Shown here: piece after piece, positions 1 through 8,421 of the stretch
How the letters are laid out: every line of letters starts with the position of its first letter
How positions within the stretch are numbered: the first letter of the stretch is position 1
Source: a virus
DNA length: 64,000 bases
Strand: one strand, 5' to 3'
IMG/VR virus record: IMGVR_UViG_3300045988_134731
Coordinates: 74,545-138,544 of that record
The notes under the pieces: generated by a model
What the model was told of the DNA's origin: nothing
Database searches by the model: none
What the model saw: only the letters and a program-made list of their open reading frames with translations
Position numbers and translations under genes: made by a program

Positions 1-93
1 TTGTTCATTTGCGAATATAGATATAAAATAGTTATCTTCAACTAATTTTAAATTTAGTTCTTTTTTCAGATATTCTATTTCTTTAATCATAAT

Positions 94-564
94 TTAACAC
101 CACACCCTATGTTTCTCATGTATTTCTTCTAGCCCATCATAATCACTTATCTCCCATTCAACATCTTCTGGTATTTCTACTATTTTTAATGAGGCACAAC
201 GACCACTAGCTTTTTTACTTCCCATTTCTTCAAACAATTTTATTAAGTCTTTGTCATCTCTATCATATAATTCATCACTTAGAAATGTACAATTCATTAA
301 CTCCTCGGGATTTTTACCTTGATATTCATATGTAACATAAATCATGTTCCAACTAGGTCTTTGATTTTCTACAATTAAATCTCCATTTTCTTTAAATTTA
401 AAATCTCGTATGAATTCAAAAGTATCATTGTAATCTTCGTCATACCCTCCACTATAGAAATATAATTTGTCGCATTCTCTATTTTTTATTTTACATAATT
501 TTATTTTAAATTCATCTGATAGGGTATACCCTCCGAAGCATCTATTTATTAATATTTTTCTCAT
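94..564 (-). CDS. hypothetical protein
   Basis: 156-aa ORF with an AGGAGG RBS upstream of the ATG. TTGACA (607-612) and the intergenic box (619-633) lie upstream. Confidence 0.6.
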   Translation of the reverse strand: MRKILINRCFGGYTLSDEFKIKLCKIKNRECDKLYFYSGGYDEDYNDTFEFIRDFKFKENGDLIVENQRPSWNMIYVTYEYQGKNPEELMNCTFLSDELYDRDDKDLIKLFEEMGSKKASGRCASLKIVEIPEDVEWEISDYDGLEEIHEKHRVWC

Positions 565-621
565 AATTATTCCTCCTTATATATTGCACTATAGTTTTAT
601 TCCTATTGTCAATATTTTTTA

Positions 622-1116
622 TTAATTATTTTTAAGAAGGTTGACTTCTTCTTTTTCATAATATTTACAATCAGCACAACATGGAGACTCGCAACTTAAT
701 AAGCTATTTAGTTCAGAAAGTTCAGATGGGTCTAATGTCTCTTTTCCATGAAGTTCACATTTATGAATTGTAAATTCAACTGAAGGTGTATTACTTTGTT
801 GTAAAACACATATTCTTAAAAGAGTATATACATCTATTATACCTTCATTACCTTCTTGAGTAATTGCTTGTATAATCTTATTTTTGTAATAATACAGTAT
901 TGATATGTTATAATTTCCATCTAACTTAGCTAATAATGTAAAATGTTTAGCATCTCCTATATTCGTATCTATATATTCATATAATTTTTTAGATGTTAAT
1001 TTCAAAGTCACCTCTAATACATCAAGTCCTTTTAATTTTTCAACTTTTTCCTTTACTTCCTCCATTATCAACTCCTCTAGCTTTTCGCCAAATATTTCGT
1101 TTTTACTTTTATTCAT
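622..1116 (-). CDS. hypothetical protein (Cys-rich C-terminus)
   Basis: 164-aa ORF with a GGAGG RBS. It ends ...KNN, with the stop inside the intergenic box. Confidence 0.6.
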   Translation of the reverse strand: MNKSKNEIFGEKLEELIMEEVKEKVEKLKGLDVLEVTLKLTSKKLYEYIDTNIGDAKHFTLLAKLDGNYNISILYYYKNKIIQAITQEGNEGIIDVYTLLRICVLQQSNTPSVEFTIHKCELHGKETLDPSELSELNSLLSCESPCCADCKYYEKEEVNLLKNN

Positions 1117-1140
1117 ATTACCAACCTCCTTATATTAATA

Positions 1141-1168
1141 ATTATATCATATATGAAATAAAAGTCAA
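1141..1168 (-). promoter_or_regulatory. sigma-A-type promoter (TTGACT-N16-TGaTATAAT)
   Basis: The reverse complement reads TTGACT (1163-1168), a 16-nt spacer and TATAAT (1141-1146) with an extended-10 TG. It lies directly downstream of the box at 1174-1187. Confidence 0.6.
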
Positions 1169-1176
1169 TACTTTTA

Positions 1177-1554
1177 TTAATTATTTTCATATATATTACC
1201 AATTACTTTATTTTCAACTTTACCAAATTTAGGTATAAGTCTGTAAAAACTATCTTTTTCGTCTTGAATATACCAACAACCTTTAATCATAACTACTCTG
1301 CCCACAATATGATTTAAAGCTCTAGTTGTTTCTACTATATCGTCTTCATATATTTCTGTGCCGTTTATATCGTTTATTTCTGTATACTGTCCTACATAAC
1401 TAACACTGTCCCAATTACATACATCATTTTGGTCTGATTTATTTTTTTCATTCGGCATAAAACAATATACGCTTTTGCCATATGGTATTATAGAAATTTG
1501 CGAATCATATAACCATTCAACTCCATTATGACCTCTAAACTTAATTTTTCTCAT
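1177..1554 (-). CDS. YopX-like phage protein
   Basis: N-terminal KFRGH..., GQYTEINDINGTEIYEDDIV and C-terminal VIGNIYEN match the YopX family pattern (KFRaW / TGlkDknGkeIyEGDiv / IGNihe). Confidence 0.6.
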   Translation of the reverse strand: MRKIKFRGHNGVEWLYDSQISIIPYGKSVYCFMPNEKNKSDQNDVCNWDSVSYVGQYTEINDINGTEIYEDDIVETTRALNHIVGRVVMIKGCWYIQDEKDSFYRLIPKFGKVENKVIGNIYENN

Positions 1555-1579
1555 AATTTTCCATCTCCTTATATTAATA

Positions 1580-1608
1580 ATAATACTATTTTTTATTTAT
1601 ATTGTCAA
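1580..1608 (-). promoter_or_regulatory. sigma-A-type promoter (TTGACA-N17-TATTAT)
   Basis: The reverse complement reads TTGACA (1603-1608), a 17-nt spacer and TATTAT (1580-1585). The box lies upstream and an AAGGAGATGG RBS downstream. Confidence 0.6.
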
Positions 1609-1647
1609 TACTTTTTATTAATTATTTTTATTAATTTTTTTAATCCT

Positions 1648-2520
1648 TTAATTTTCTTCTATATCTATTCCAGTTATTGTTTTAAATATATCTTTATCAA
1701 AGTTAGGTAATGAAACAAATGTCAATCTTTCTTTATCGTCTATACGATTCCACATATTTCTCCATGCTTCTGTATATCTTAATTCTTTTAAATAACCTCC
1801 AGTAGCTTCATAATTGGGATGTTTTTCTTTTTCTTCATCTGTCATATTGTATTCATTAACCCATAGAGTTAATTTAAAATAATTATCTATTATTTTAAAT
1901 GCATGACTATTCTTCCATATGTCTAATGTCCAATCACTTTCTTTATTAAATAGTTTAATCGTTTCATGTTTATCATTATCGTCAGTGCAAAAGCATCCTA
2001 ATTTTTTATTGCCTAAATTACAGTCTCCAATGTTATAATTACCTTTATTATAATTACCACTATTGCAATGACCAGAATTATAATTACCACTATTCCAATT
2101 TCCAGTATTCCAATCTCCAGTATTCCAATCTCCAGTATTATAATCTCCAGTATTATAATCTCCAGTATTAGAATTTCCAGTATTATAACTACCTGTGTTT
2201 TTAATACCTGTGTTACCTTCACCAGTATTAACCATATCTAATACTTCATGCCAGTTTAATTCTCTTATTATTTTTATTTCATTTGTTACACATTTATTAT
2301 TTGAATAATTACTTTCTATAACTTCACCAGTAGCTTCTATTATAGCTACTTTGTTTTCTGGGTCAAAAGTGTAATAATTAAAACAATCAACTAGCTTTTT
2401 ACAAAAATGAAATCCTGTTTCACATATACTTATTTCTCCTTCATATTTATATGTTTCTCCTACTTTATATTGAAAACCTCTGCAAGTCCAATCTGAATTA
2501 AATACTTTATATCCTTTCAT
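1648..2520 (-). CDS. repeat protein with an N[TS]G[DN][YW] pentapeptide array
   Basis: 290-aa ORF. The N-terminal module KVFNSDWTCRGFQYKVGETY...GFHFC is followed by about 13 tandem 5-aa units (NTGDYNTGDWNTGNWNSGNYN...). Confidence 0.65.
   Translation of the reverse strand: MKGYKVFNSDWTCRGFQYKVGETYKYEGEISICETGFHFCKKLVDCFNYYTFDPENKVAIIEATGEVIESNYSNNKCVTNEIKIIRELNWHEVLDMVNTGEGNTGIKNTGSYNTGNSNTGDYNTGDYNTGDWNTGDWNTGNWNSGNYNSGHCNSGNYNKGNYNIGDCNLGNKKLGCFCTDDNDKHETIKLFNKESDWTLDIWKNSHAFKIIDNYFKLTLWVNEYNMTDEEKEKHPNYEATGGYLKELRYTEAWRNMWNRIDDKERLTFVSLPNFDKDIFKTITGIDIEEN
2025..2228 (-). repeat. 15-nt tandem coding repeat (pentapeptide array)
   Basis: Units such as aatctccagtattcc and aatctccagtattat are repeated head to tail about 13 times inside the CDS. 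Confidence 0.8.
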
Positions 2521-2633
2521 ACCTTTTTCTCCTTTCTATTATTAATAATTTTCTTGCTCTATCCATTCTTTTTCTTCTTTATCCCATACCCTAAACTTTA
2601 AGTTTTTCATATTTATCACCACCTTATATTATT

Positions 2634-2665
2634 ATATTAACATAAACTTTATAAAAATTACCTAT
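2634..2665 (-). promoter_or_regulatory. class-2 promoter motif ATAGGTAAT-N14-TGTTAATAT
   Basis: The reverse complement is cATAGGTAATTTTTataaagtttaTGTTAATAt. The distance from ATAGGT to TG is 23 nt, identical in all 9 copies. Confidence 0.5.
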
Positions 2666-2698
2666 GATTATTATTTTATTATTATTTAAATCCTCTTT

Positions 2699-2727
2699 TA
2701 AAAAATTAGAGGGAAATTAATCCCTCT
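2699..2727 (-). terminator. rho-independent terminator
   Basis: Stem AGAGGGA/TCCCTCT (2708-2714 / 2721-2727), followed on the minus strand by AATTTTTT. It lies directly after the ParR-like gene. Confidence 0.6.
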
Positions 2728-2973
2728 TTATAAATTTAAGTCATCCAATGAAAAGTCAAACTCATCTTGTTTCCTTTCTTCTACCTTTATAGTTTCACGT
2801 GAAACACTTTGTTCTACATTCATGCCATTAGCTAAATACGATTGTTCAATCTGCATGTGTAATCGAATTAAATCTTTAATAAATGCTGTTTTTGATGTTT
2901 TACCATTTAAATATTCTATAATATCGCTATCTTTCTCATTGAATGTTAATCTCATTTCTTTTTTAGTAGCCAT
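2728..2973 (-). CDS. ParR-like ribbon-helix-helix centromere-binding protein (putative)
   Basis: 81-aa ORF immediately downstream of the ParM-like gene. The N-terminus KKEMRLTFNEKDSDIIEYLNGKTSKTAFIKDLIRLHM looks like a CopG/RHH fold. Confidence 0.45.
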   Translation of the reverse strand: MATKKEMRLTFNEKDSDIIEYLNGKTSKTAFIKDLIRLHMQIEQSYLANGMNVEQSVSRETIKVEERKQDEFDFSLDDLNL

Positions 2974-2981
2974 AATATCAC

Positions 2982-3896
2982 CTACTTATATAATTTATTA
3001 GCTATATTTAATAAACCTTGTGCTTGTAAAGTTATGTCCTCAGATGATATTGTTTGTTGATATATCTTTTTCATTGTAGGTGATATAATTTTAGCTCCAC
3101 CACCAATAATGAGAATATTTGAATTCTTGATGTTATTTGTTTGCCCTTTTATTTCATTTACTAAATTAACTATAAATTTCTTAACTAACTCTTCTTTGTA
3201 TTTGAAATCACCTACTAATAAAGACTCTTCATTATCAAATATTCTTTTTGTTTGTTCTAATGATAATGATAAATCATATGTTAGGTTAAGATATTCTCTA
3301 CAAGAATTGTATAAATTAAACAATCCTAATCTTATACTAAATCCATCTTTTAATTGCATTTTATTATCGTAGACTGTAATATCACACGTATTCCCACCTA
3401 TATCCACAACCATCGTATCTACATTTTTATTTAATTTATTCATTATACCTTGTATAGATTTGATTGAATAAGACTCTGGAAGTATTGTAACATTCTCAAT
3501 TACTATACTTCTTTTAATCCCATTTATAATTATAGTCTTTTTATTATTCTTTTTAATATAATTTTCCATTTCATCTTTCTTTTTATATTGATTAACAGGA
3601 CAACAAGTTACTAAATTGATATTGTTTTCCGTATCTTTTGTAGCATTTGCTATACAATAATAAAGTAATATTAAATAATTGTCTTTTTTATATTTTAAAA
3701 GTTCATTTTCATACTTTCCTTCACCAATTAAATAACCCTCATCATCTATAGTGAATTTTTGATTTTGTGAAAAGTCATCTAATCCCTTTTCACATTTTTT
3801 AATTCTCGATTCACAAATACAACTCCCATTATTAGATATAGCTATTGACGTTAAATTACCAATGTCTACTCCTATATTGATAATATTTTTACTCAT
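2982..3896 (-). CDS. parM: ParM/StbA-like actin-fold segregation ATPase
   Basis: Actin-fold motifs are present: IGVDIGNLTS (phosphate 1), VVDIGGNTCD (phosphate 2) and IIGGGA (adenosine). The start is set at MSKNIIN because of the GGGGAGG RBS; the ORF track extends to 3989. Confidence 0.7.
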   Translation of the reverse strand: MSKNIINIGVDIGNLTSIAISNNGSCICESRIKKCEKGLDDFSQNQKFTIDDEGYLIGEGKYENELLKYKKDNYLILLYYCIANATKDTENNINLVTCCPVNQYKKKDEMENYIKKNNKKTIIINGIKRSIVIENVTILPESYSIKSIQGIMNKLNKNVDTMVVDIGGNTCDITVYDNKMQLKDGFSIRLGLFNLYNSCREYLNLTYDLSLSLEQTKRIFDNEESLLVGDFKYKEELVKKFIVNLVNEIKGQTNNIKNSNILIIGGGAKIISPTMKKIYQQTISSEDITLQAQGLLNIANKLYK

Positions 3897-4293
3897 AATA
3901 TCATCCTCCCCAAAATATTGATTTATTAATTCCGCTACCCTCATGGTAGTATGATAAAAAATACGATATAAATTGATAATGATTTTCAACTGTTACATTA
4001 CAAATTTTACACCGTATTTCACCTCCTTTACTATAATATATGTTTATTTACAAAAATGTTGACTACTATATACATAAATTTTGTAAAAATATTTATTATA
4101 GCATCTCCTAATTCTCCTTCGGAGGTATCAAATGAGCTAATATATGCCTTTCTAAGAAGTTTGAGTAGTCTTATTGAATAAGAGAGGATGTATAAAATTA
4201 AATCTTCTTAAAATTGAAAAGGCAAATTTTACCATATAGGGTCGAGTTTTTCCGTTTTCATCATACTTAGATTCCACTCAACCCCATATTATT
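3897..4293 (-). other. long untranslated leader, candidate parC centromere or structured RNA
   Basis: About 400 nt without an ORF between the promoter motif and parM. It has three TTACAAAWTT copies (about 4001, 4057 and 4078 inverted), a CTCCttcgGGAG hairpin (about 4121-4132) and a locally GC-richer 160 nt stretch. Confidence 0.35.
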
Positions 4294-4325
4294 ATATTAA
4301 CATAAACATTATAAAAATTATCTAT
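4294..4325 (-). promoter_or_regulatory. class-2 promoter motif (variant ATAGATAAT-N14-TGTTAATAT)
   Basis: The reverse complement is tATAGATAATTTTTataatgtttaTGTTAATAt, with the same 23-nt geometry. Confidence 0.45.
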
Positions 4326-4734
4326 ATTTATTAATTATTTTTTCATAATCAATTTTATATTTTTTGTCTCTTGGATTTCTTAACATTATCCATAACGGAA
4401 TTGAATTTAAAAGGTCAGATGGAAGTTGATATAAAGTTACGTCTATTTCCCATTCTTTAAATTTTTCATAGACATCTAATAAATCAAATTCCAATTCTTT
4501 ATTTCTAAATTTTTGAGTAATTATATTTAATTCCTCTAAATCTAATAATACGTTTGCTTGAGAATGTGCATTACACCAAGCAAAGTTAACCTTTTCTAGA
4601 ACTTCTAAATTCTCTTTTATAACTTTAACATATGATTTGCTTTTATCTGGAAATTCCTTTTGTAAAATGTCAATAAATTCTTCTGACATAAGAATGGACT
4701 CCCTTATCAAAACTGTTACAGTTATATCTTTCAT
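4318..4734 (-). CDS. hypothetical protein
   Basis: 138-aa ORF with an AAAGGAGGAG RBS. Confidence 0.6.
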   Translation of the reverse strand: MKDITVTVLIRESILMSEEFIDILQKEFPDKSKSYVKVIKENLEVLEKVNFAWCNAHSQANVLLDLEELNIITQKFRNKELEFDLLDVYEKFKEWEIDVTLYQLPSDLLNSIPLWIMLRNPRDKKYKIDYEKIINKYR

Positions 4735-4769
4735 ATAATCTCCTCCTTTATTATTGTTAAATTTCTCAC

Positions 4770-4810
4770 CTAAGCGCAGAAAAAGGTTTACTAAGCGCAG
4801 AAAAAGGTTT
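4770..4810. repeat. two 20-bp direct repeats CTAAGCGCAGAAAAAGGTTT
   Basis: Exact copies lie at 4770-4789 and 4791-4810, forming a GC-rich island in AT-rich DNA. They are followed by 2 x ATAAATAGATAAA (4815-4827 and 4831-4843). Confidence 0.85.
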
Positions 4811-4854
4811 TTTTATAAATAGATAAATATATAAATAGATAAAAATATAAATAT

Positions 4855-5652
4855 TTATTTTTTTTCTTTATTATTCTTAACTTCTTCATATTTATCTTTC
4901 CAATATCCGTAAGTAGTTAATTTTATATTTATGTGTCTTGCAAACTCAATATTTCCATGTGAATTTATTTTATTATCATATTCAGTATAGCTCTTTATCA
5001 AATTATCATTGTTTAATCTTACAATCAAATTTGTTATTTTTGTTAGAGTAGACCCACTATTAGGAGATAAGCCTATACTTTCAGCCATATCTTTTCTTGA
5101 AATTTTAGTATATGTTTTAGTATTACAACGATATTTCAACAGTACATATAATTTAGTCAAATATTTATTTCCAGTATCAATTAAATATCTCATTACATCT
5201 TTTTCTAATAAGACATATTTTCTATTATTAGTATCTTTATTATTTATTATATATACAGCTTCGCCATTAATCTCTTTGGGTACTATCAAATTACCTAATT
5301 TAATTATTTTGTTTATACTTTTAAAATAATTTTCTATTTTCTTTCCACTTAACTCTTCAATCATAATTCTATTATCTTGTATGTCTTTTCTATAAATATA
5401 TCTATGCTTTTCATTTGGATTACGTTTGCTCATATAATTTAAAATAGAATAATCATTATAATTACAATTTTTATTTTTCATATATACATCTTCACTTCGC
5501 ACAGCATATTTTAAAATATCATCTTTGTCATTTAATTTACTACTATCTTTATTTCTATCTATAATTAAATCTTTTATATCATCGTCTGCATTATCCCAAC
5601 ATCCATTAGTCCATTCATATTCCCACTCTTGATTATAATCTAATTTATCCAA
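4855..5652 (-). CDS. putative DNA-binding protein (C-terminal wHTH-like)
   Basis: The ORF has the HTH-like segment ISRKDMAESIGLSPNSGSTLTKITNLIVRL. The start is set at TTG after the AAAGGTGGTGA RBS, so the ORF-track N-terminus MNIIINKGGDN is box/RBS sequence. Confidence 0.45.
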   Translation of the reverse strand: MDKLDYNQEWEYEWTNGCWDNADDDIKDLIIDRNKDSSKLNDKDDILKYAVRSEDVYMKNKNCNYNDYSILNYMSKRNPNEKHRYIYRKDIQDNRIMIEELSGKKIENYFKSINKIIKLGNLIVPKEINGEAVYIINNKDTNNRKYVLLEKDVMRYLIDTGNKYLTKLYVLLKYRCNTKTYTKISRKDMAESIGLSPNSGSTLTKITNLIVRLNNDNLIKSYTEYDNKINSHGNIEFARHINIKLTTYGYWKDKYEEVKNNKEKK

Positions 5653-5668
5653 GTTATCACCACCTTTA

Positions 5669-6157
5669 TTAATTATTATATTCATTCATTACATTATACA
5701 CGATATATCCATCTTTTATACCTGCATAATAGTCGTCCTTATCCATATCACCTATCATTATAGCTACAGATATAGGTTCACCAACTTTTGACGATACACT
5801 ATCACTTATGTTTTTACTTGCATTAGCATATTGTTCAACCAGTCTATTCCAAGATTCTCTATTATGTTCTATGCTATGTTTAAATTCATCTTGAGTATAG
5901 TTAAAAGTCACTAATATATATCCATTATCAACTTTGACATTATATTCAACAGATGCATCAGATTCAACTATAGCAAGTTCAATCATTTCTTCCACATAAT
6001 CTCTTGCATTATACAGTGTATCTTGATTGTCTACTTCTATTTGTTTATCTTGTATAGGTTCTTGATTTGTTTCATTGGTTTTCTCTATATTACTACAACC
6101 TACCATACTTATTGATAATACACCTGTTAATAATAAGGCTTTTATTTTTTTATTCAT
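5669..6157 (-). CDS. lipoprotein (paralog of 21676-22155)
   Basis: Signal peptide plus lipobox: MNKKIKALLLTGVLSISMVGC|SN. It is 162 aa and ends ...NN in the box. Confidence 0.7.
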   Translation of the reverse strand: MNKKIKALLLTGVLSISMVGCSNIEKTNETNQEPIQDKQIEVDNQDTLYNARDYVEEMIELAIVESDASVEYNVKVDNGYILVTFNYTQDEFKHSIEHNRESWNRLVEQYANASKNISDSVSSKVGEPISVAIMIGDMDKDDYYAGIKDGYIVYNVMNEYNN

Positions 6158-6184
6158 AATTCCCGTCTCCTTTACTAATTATTT

Positions 6185-6964
6185 TTAATCATCAATTTCT
6201 ACTATGTAATCATACAAAGCATCATATAGTTTTTGTGGTATTTTATCCTTATAATAATCAGCTACTTCTTTGATGTTACGTTCTTTATAATACTTATAAA
6301 CTTCAAAAGCTTTCTCTTGAGTTTCATAACACCCTAAGTGTTCATATTTTGATTTTCCAGTTTTTGGATTAATTAAACTGCAATAAGCTCTATATTTACT
6401 ATTTTGAGTAAGGCTTGTTCCAATGACTGACTCTCCTCTATCATTTTGTCTTTTAGTAAATAAACTATTAATTGTTTCTGGTACAAATATACAAGTCTCT
6501 GGTGAATAAACTTTATTTCTTTTAACTAAAATATCTTTATCTAAACACATTCTTTCACCTTCAACTGTATAATAATTTTTATCATACCATTTTCCAAAGT
6601 TTTGAAAGTTATGCCATTCATTACAAACGGTACAACCTTTATATGCAGGATATTTTTCTCGATTTTTTTCATCATAACATCTTTGTAACATACTATGCCA
6701 AGTGGAATAAACTCTAGTAGCCTTACCATTTTCTTTAGTTTTATACTTCCCCTCTCCAATATATCCCACATTTGAACAACGTGGCTCATAAGGACATTTT
6801 ATATTTCCTTTTTTAAAATTATAATACTGTTGATTTTTAATAATCCAATTATATTCTGTAAAAGATATATCTATGTCTTGTGCATTTCTATATCCTACAA
6901 TAATCATTTTACTTCCAAAATTATTCATTCTTCTCTCACCTGTTCTATCTATTTTCATTCTCAC
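6185..6964 (-). CDS. AP2-like DNA-binding, homing-endonuclease-like protein (paralog 1 of 3)
   Basis: 259 aa. It shares IDRTGER..NNFGSKM, YSTWHSMLQRCYD, LDKDILVK.NK.YSPETC.FVP and KY.A......GK...LG.YETQEKAFEVYKYYKE (AP2-like) with 14232-15011 and 24440-25219. Confidence 0.5.
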   Translation of the reverse strand: MRMKIDRTGERRMNNFGSKMIIVGYRNAQDIDISFTEYNWIIKNQQYYNFKKGNIKCPYEPRCSNVGYIGEGKYKTKENGKATRVYSTWHSMLQRCYDEKNREKYPAYKGCTVCNEWHNFQNFGKWYDKNYYTVEGERMCLDKDILVKRNKVYSPETCIFVPETINSLFTKRQNDRGESVIGTSLTQNSKYRAYCSLINPKTGKSKYEHLGCYETQEKAFEVYKYYKERNIKEVADYYKDKIPQKLYDALYDYIVEIDD

Positions 6965-6976
6965 AATATCTACCTC

Positions 6977-7165
6977 CTATATATTCATTAATTCTGACAA
7001 TTCAATAAGTTGCTTTAAATCCTCAAATTCTTCTTTTATTTCATTTATATCTTTATGCACATCGCAATCATTACAATAATAATTGCATATACTTTGACTA
7101 TCACATATAGTATTTATTACTAATTGTTTTATTTCTTCTAATTTATCTAACATTTCTTCATTCAT
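6977..7165 (-). CDS. hypothetical small Cys-rich protein
   Basis: 62-aa ORF with a GGAGG RBS and the motif CDSQSICNYYCNDCDVH. Confidence 0.5.
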   Translation of the reverse strand: MNEEMLDKLEEIKQLVINTICDSQSICNYYCNDCDVHKDINEIKEEFEDLKQLIELSELMNI

Positions 7166-7209
7166 ATCTTATTCCTCCTTGTATTATATCTCTCATTTAT
7201 TAATTATTT

Positions 7210-7578
7210 TTATAAAGTTTTAAACTTTTGAATCCATTTAGGTATATTTTTATCATATATACCTAAATTAACAGTTACTATATTATCTGAATAAGTTCCT
7301 TGTAGACCTCTAGCTCTTACCGTCAAATAACCTTTTCTTTCTAATTCAATTAAATCTTTTTCATGTGCTTTAAGTATGATTATTTTATTCCCATACTCTT
7401 TAAAGTCAGATATTCTTTTATCTAAAGCACGATATATTTTTAAGTTATCACAGTCGTCTATGTATGCAGGTAATTTCCAATGTATATAATCAAATACTGT
7501 CCATGCTGTATAAGTACCTATTTGCCCTGCATTCATATTTAAATCTTGATTTACAATTATATACATAACTTGGCTCAT
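7210..7578 (-). CDS. peptidyl-tRNA hydrolase PTH2-like protein
   Basis: MYIIVNQDLNMNAGQIGTYTAW resembles the PTH2 N-terminal block (vvRnDLkMgkGKvaAQ). KIIILKAHEKDLIELE...TVNLGIY parallels kvVvka..e..L..l...TvlgIGP. Confidence 0.5.
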   Translation of the reverse strand: MSQVMYIIVNQDLNMNAGQIGTYTAWTVFDYIHWKLPAYIDDCDNLKIYRALDKRISDFKEYGNKIIILKAHEKDLIELERKGYLTVRARGLQGTYSDNIVTVNLGIYDKNIPKWIQKFKTL

Positions 7579-7604
7579 ATATTCACCTTCTTATATCATA
7601 TCTA

Positions 7605-8168
7605 TTATTTTCTAGTTATTGTAAAATTATCATTTTTCCAATTTTCTCTACAATCACCAGAATATTTACATTTATTACAATTATGGAATTTATTGCAATA
7701 TTCTTCAAATAAATATTCCACTTCATCAAATGTATATTCTTTTTGTTCTGGTTCTACTAATTTACATTCTTTCCAAAATGTTTTATCAGACGTATTCCAA
7801 GAAGTTCTACCCATGTCAAAAGTATAAAATCTTCCGTCTTTATATTCTGAAAAATATCTTTTACGCCATTCCCCATCTTTAGAATCTCTAACTAAAACTT
7901 TTGTATCAACGGGTACTTTAGCCCAATCCACTTCTTCTCTTTCCCAAATGAGATTGTCGTCTGAATCAAGCACTCTCATTATGTCAAATTTAGCATTAGA
8001 TTCATAGCTCATATCTTCTTTAAAACATCTTTTTAATGTACTCAAACTATATTCTAATTCTAATTTATTTCCACATTCTTTTCTGTAAATATTATTTTCT
8101 ATTATATATTTTATTTCTCCATCTCTCGATATAAATTTCATTCCATTTTTTAAATCTTGTTTGTTCAT
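7605..8168 (-). CDS. hypothetical protein
   Basis: 187-aa ORF with an RBS. Confidence 0.6.
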   Translation of the reverse strand: MNKQDLKNGMKFISRDGEIKYIIENNIYRKECGNKLELEYSLSTLKRCFKEDMSYESNAKFDIMRVLDSDDNLIWEREEVDWAKVPVDTKVLVRDSKDGEWRKRYFSEYKDGRFYTFDMGRTSWNTSDKTFWKECKLVEPEQKEYTFDEVEYLFEEYCNKFHNCNKCKYSGDCRENWKNDNFTITRK

Positions 8169-8196
8169 ATTTCATCTCTCCTTTTATTAATTATTT

Positions 8197-8367
8197 TTAT
8201 CTATCACTTAATTTTGTTACAGATACATTCTCGATAACTCTTTCGTCTTTAGTTTTCAGTATATATTTAAAGTTAGTCAAGTCATAAGTGACCCCCATAA
8301 CTCTACATTTTATTTTCTTAGCTCCTTTCTCTGGTCGGTAATAAATCCAATCATTAATATTAAACAT
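8197..8367 (-). CDS. hypothetical small protein (56 aa, below the ORF-track cutoff)
   Basis: ATG at 8367 follows an AAGGGGGGG RBS and its own promoter. The protein is MFNINDWIYYRPEKGAKKIKCRVMG...KLSDR. Confidence 0.5.
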   Translation of the reverse strand: MFNINDWIYYRPEKGAKKIKCRVMGVTYDLTNFKYILKTKDERVIENVSVTKLSDR

Positions 8368-8393
8368 AATATCTACCCCCCCTTATACTTATA

Positions 8394-8421
8394 ATTATAA
8401 TACTTTTATTTATATTGTCAA
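8394..8421 (-). promoter_or_regulatory. sigma-A-type promoter (TTGACA-N16-TATAAT)
   Basis: The reverse complement has TTGACA at 8416-8421 and TATAAT at 8394-8399. The box lies immediately upstream (about 8425-8440). Confidence 0.6.

Noticed and set aside
2013-2222. The minus-strand ORF 2013-2222 (LEIIILEIG...) and 6541-6789, which are alternative frames inside larger genes.
   Set aside because: They are out-of-frame readings of the repeat array and of the AP2-like gene. They have no independent start signals.
2542-2610. A 22-codon ORF (MKNLKFRVWDKEEKEWIEQENY) just downstream of the class-2 motif at 2634-2665.
   Set aside because: It resembles only the first roughly 10 residues of YopX-type proteins (KFRVWDK). 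It is probably a remnant or leader peptide, and is too short to call as a gene.
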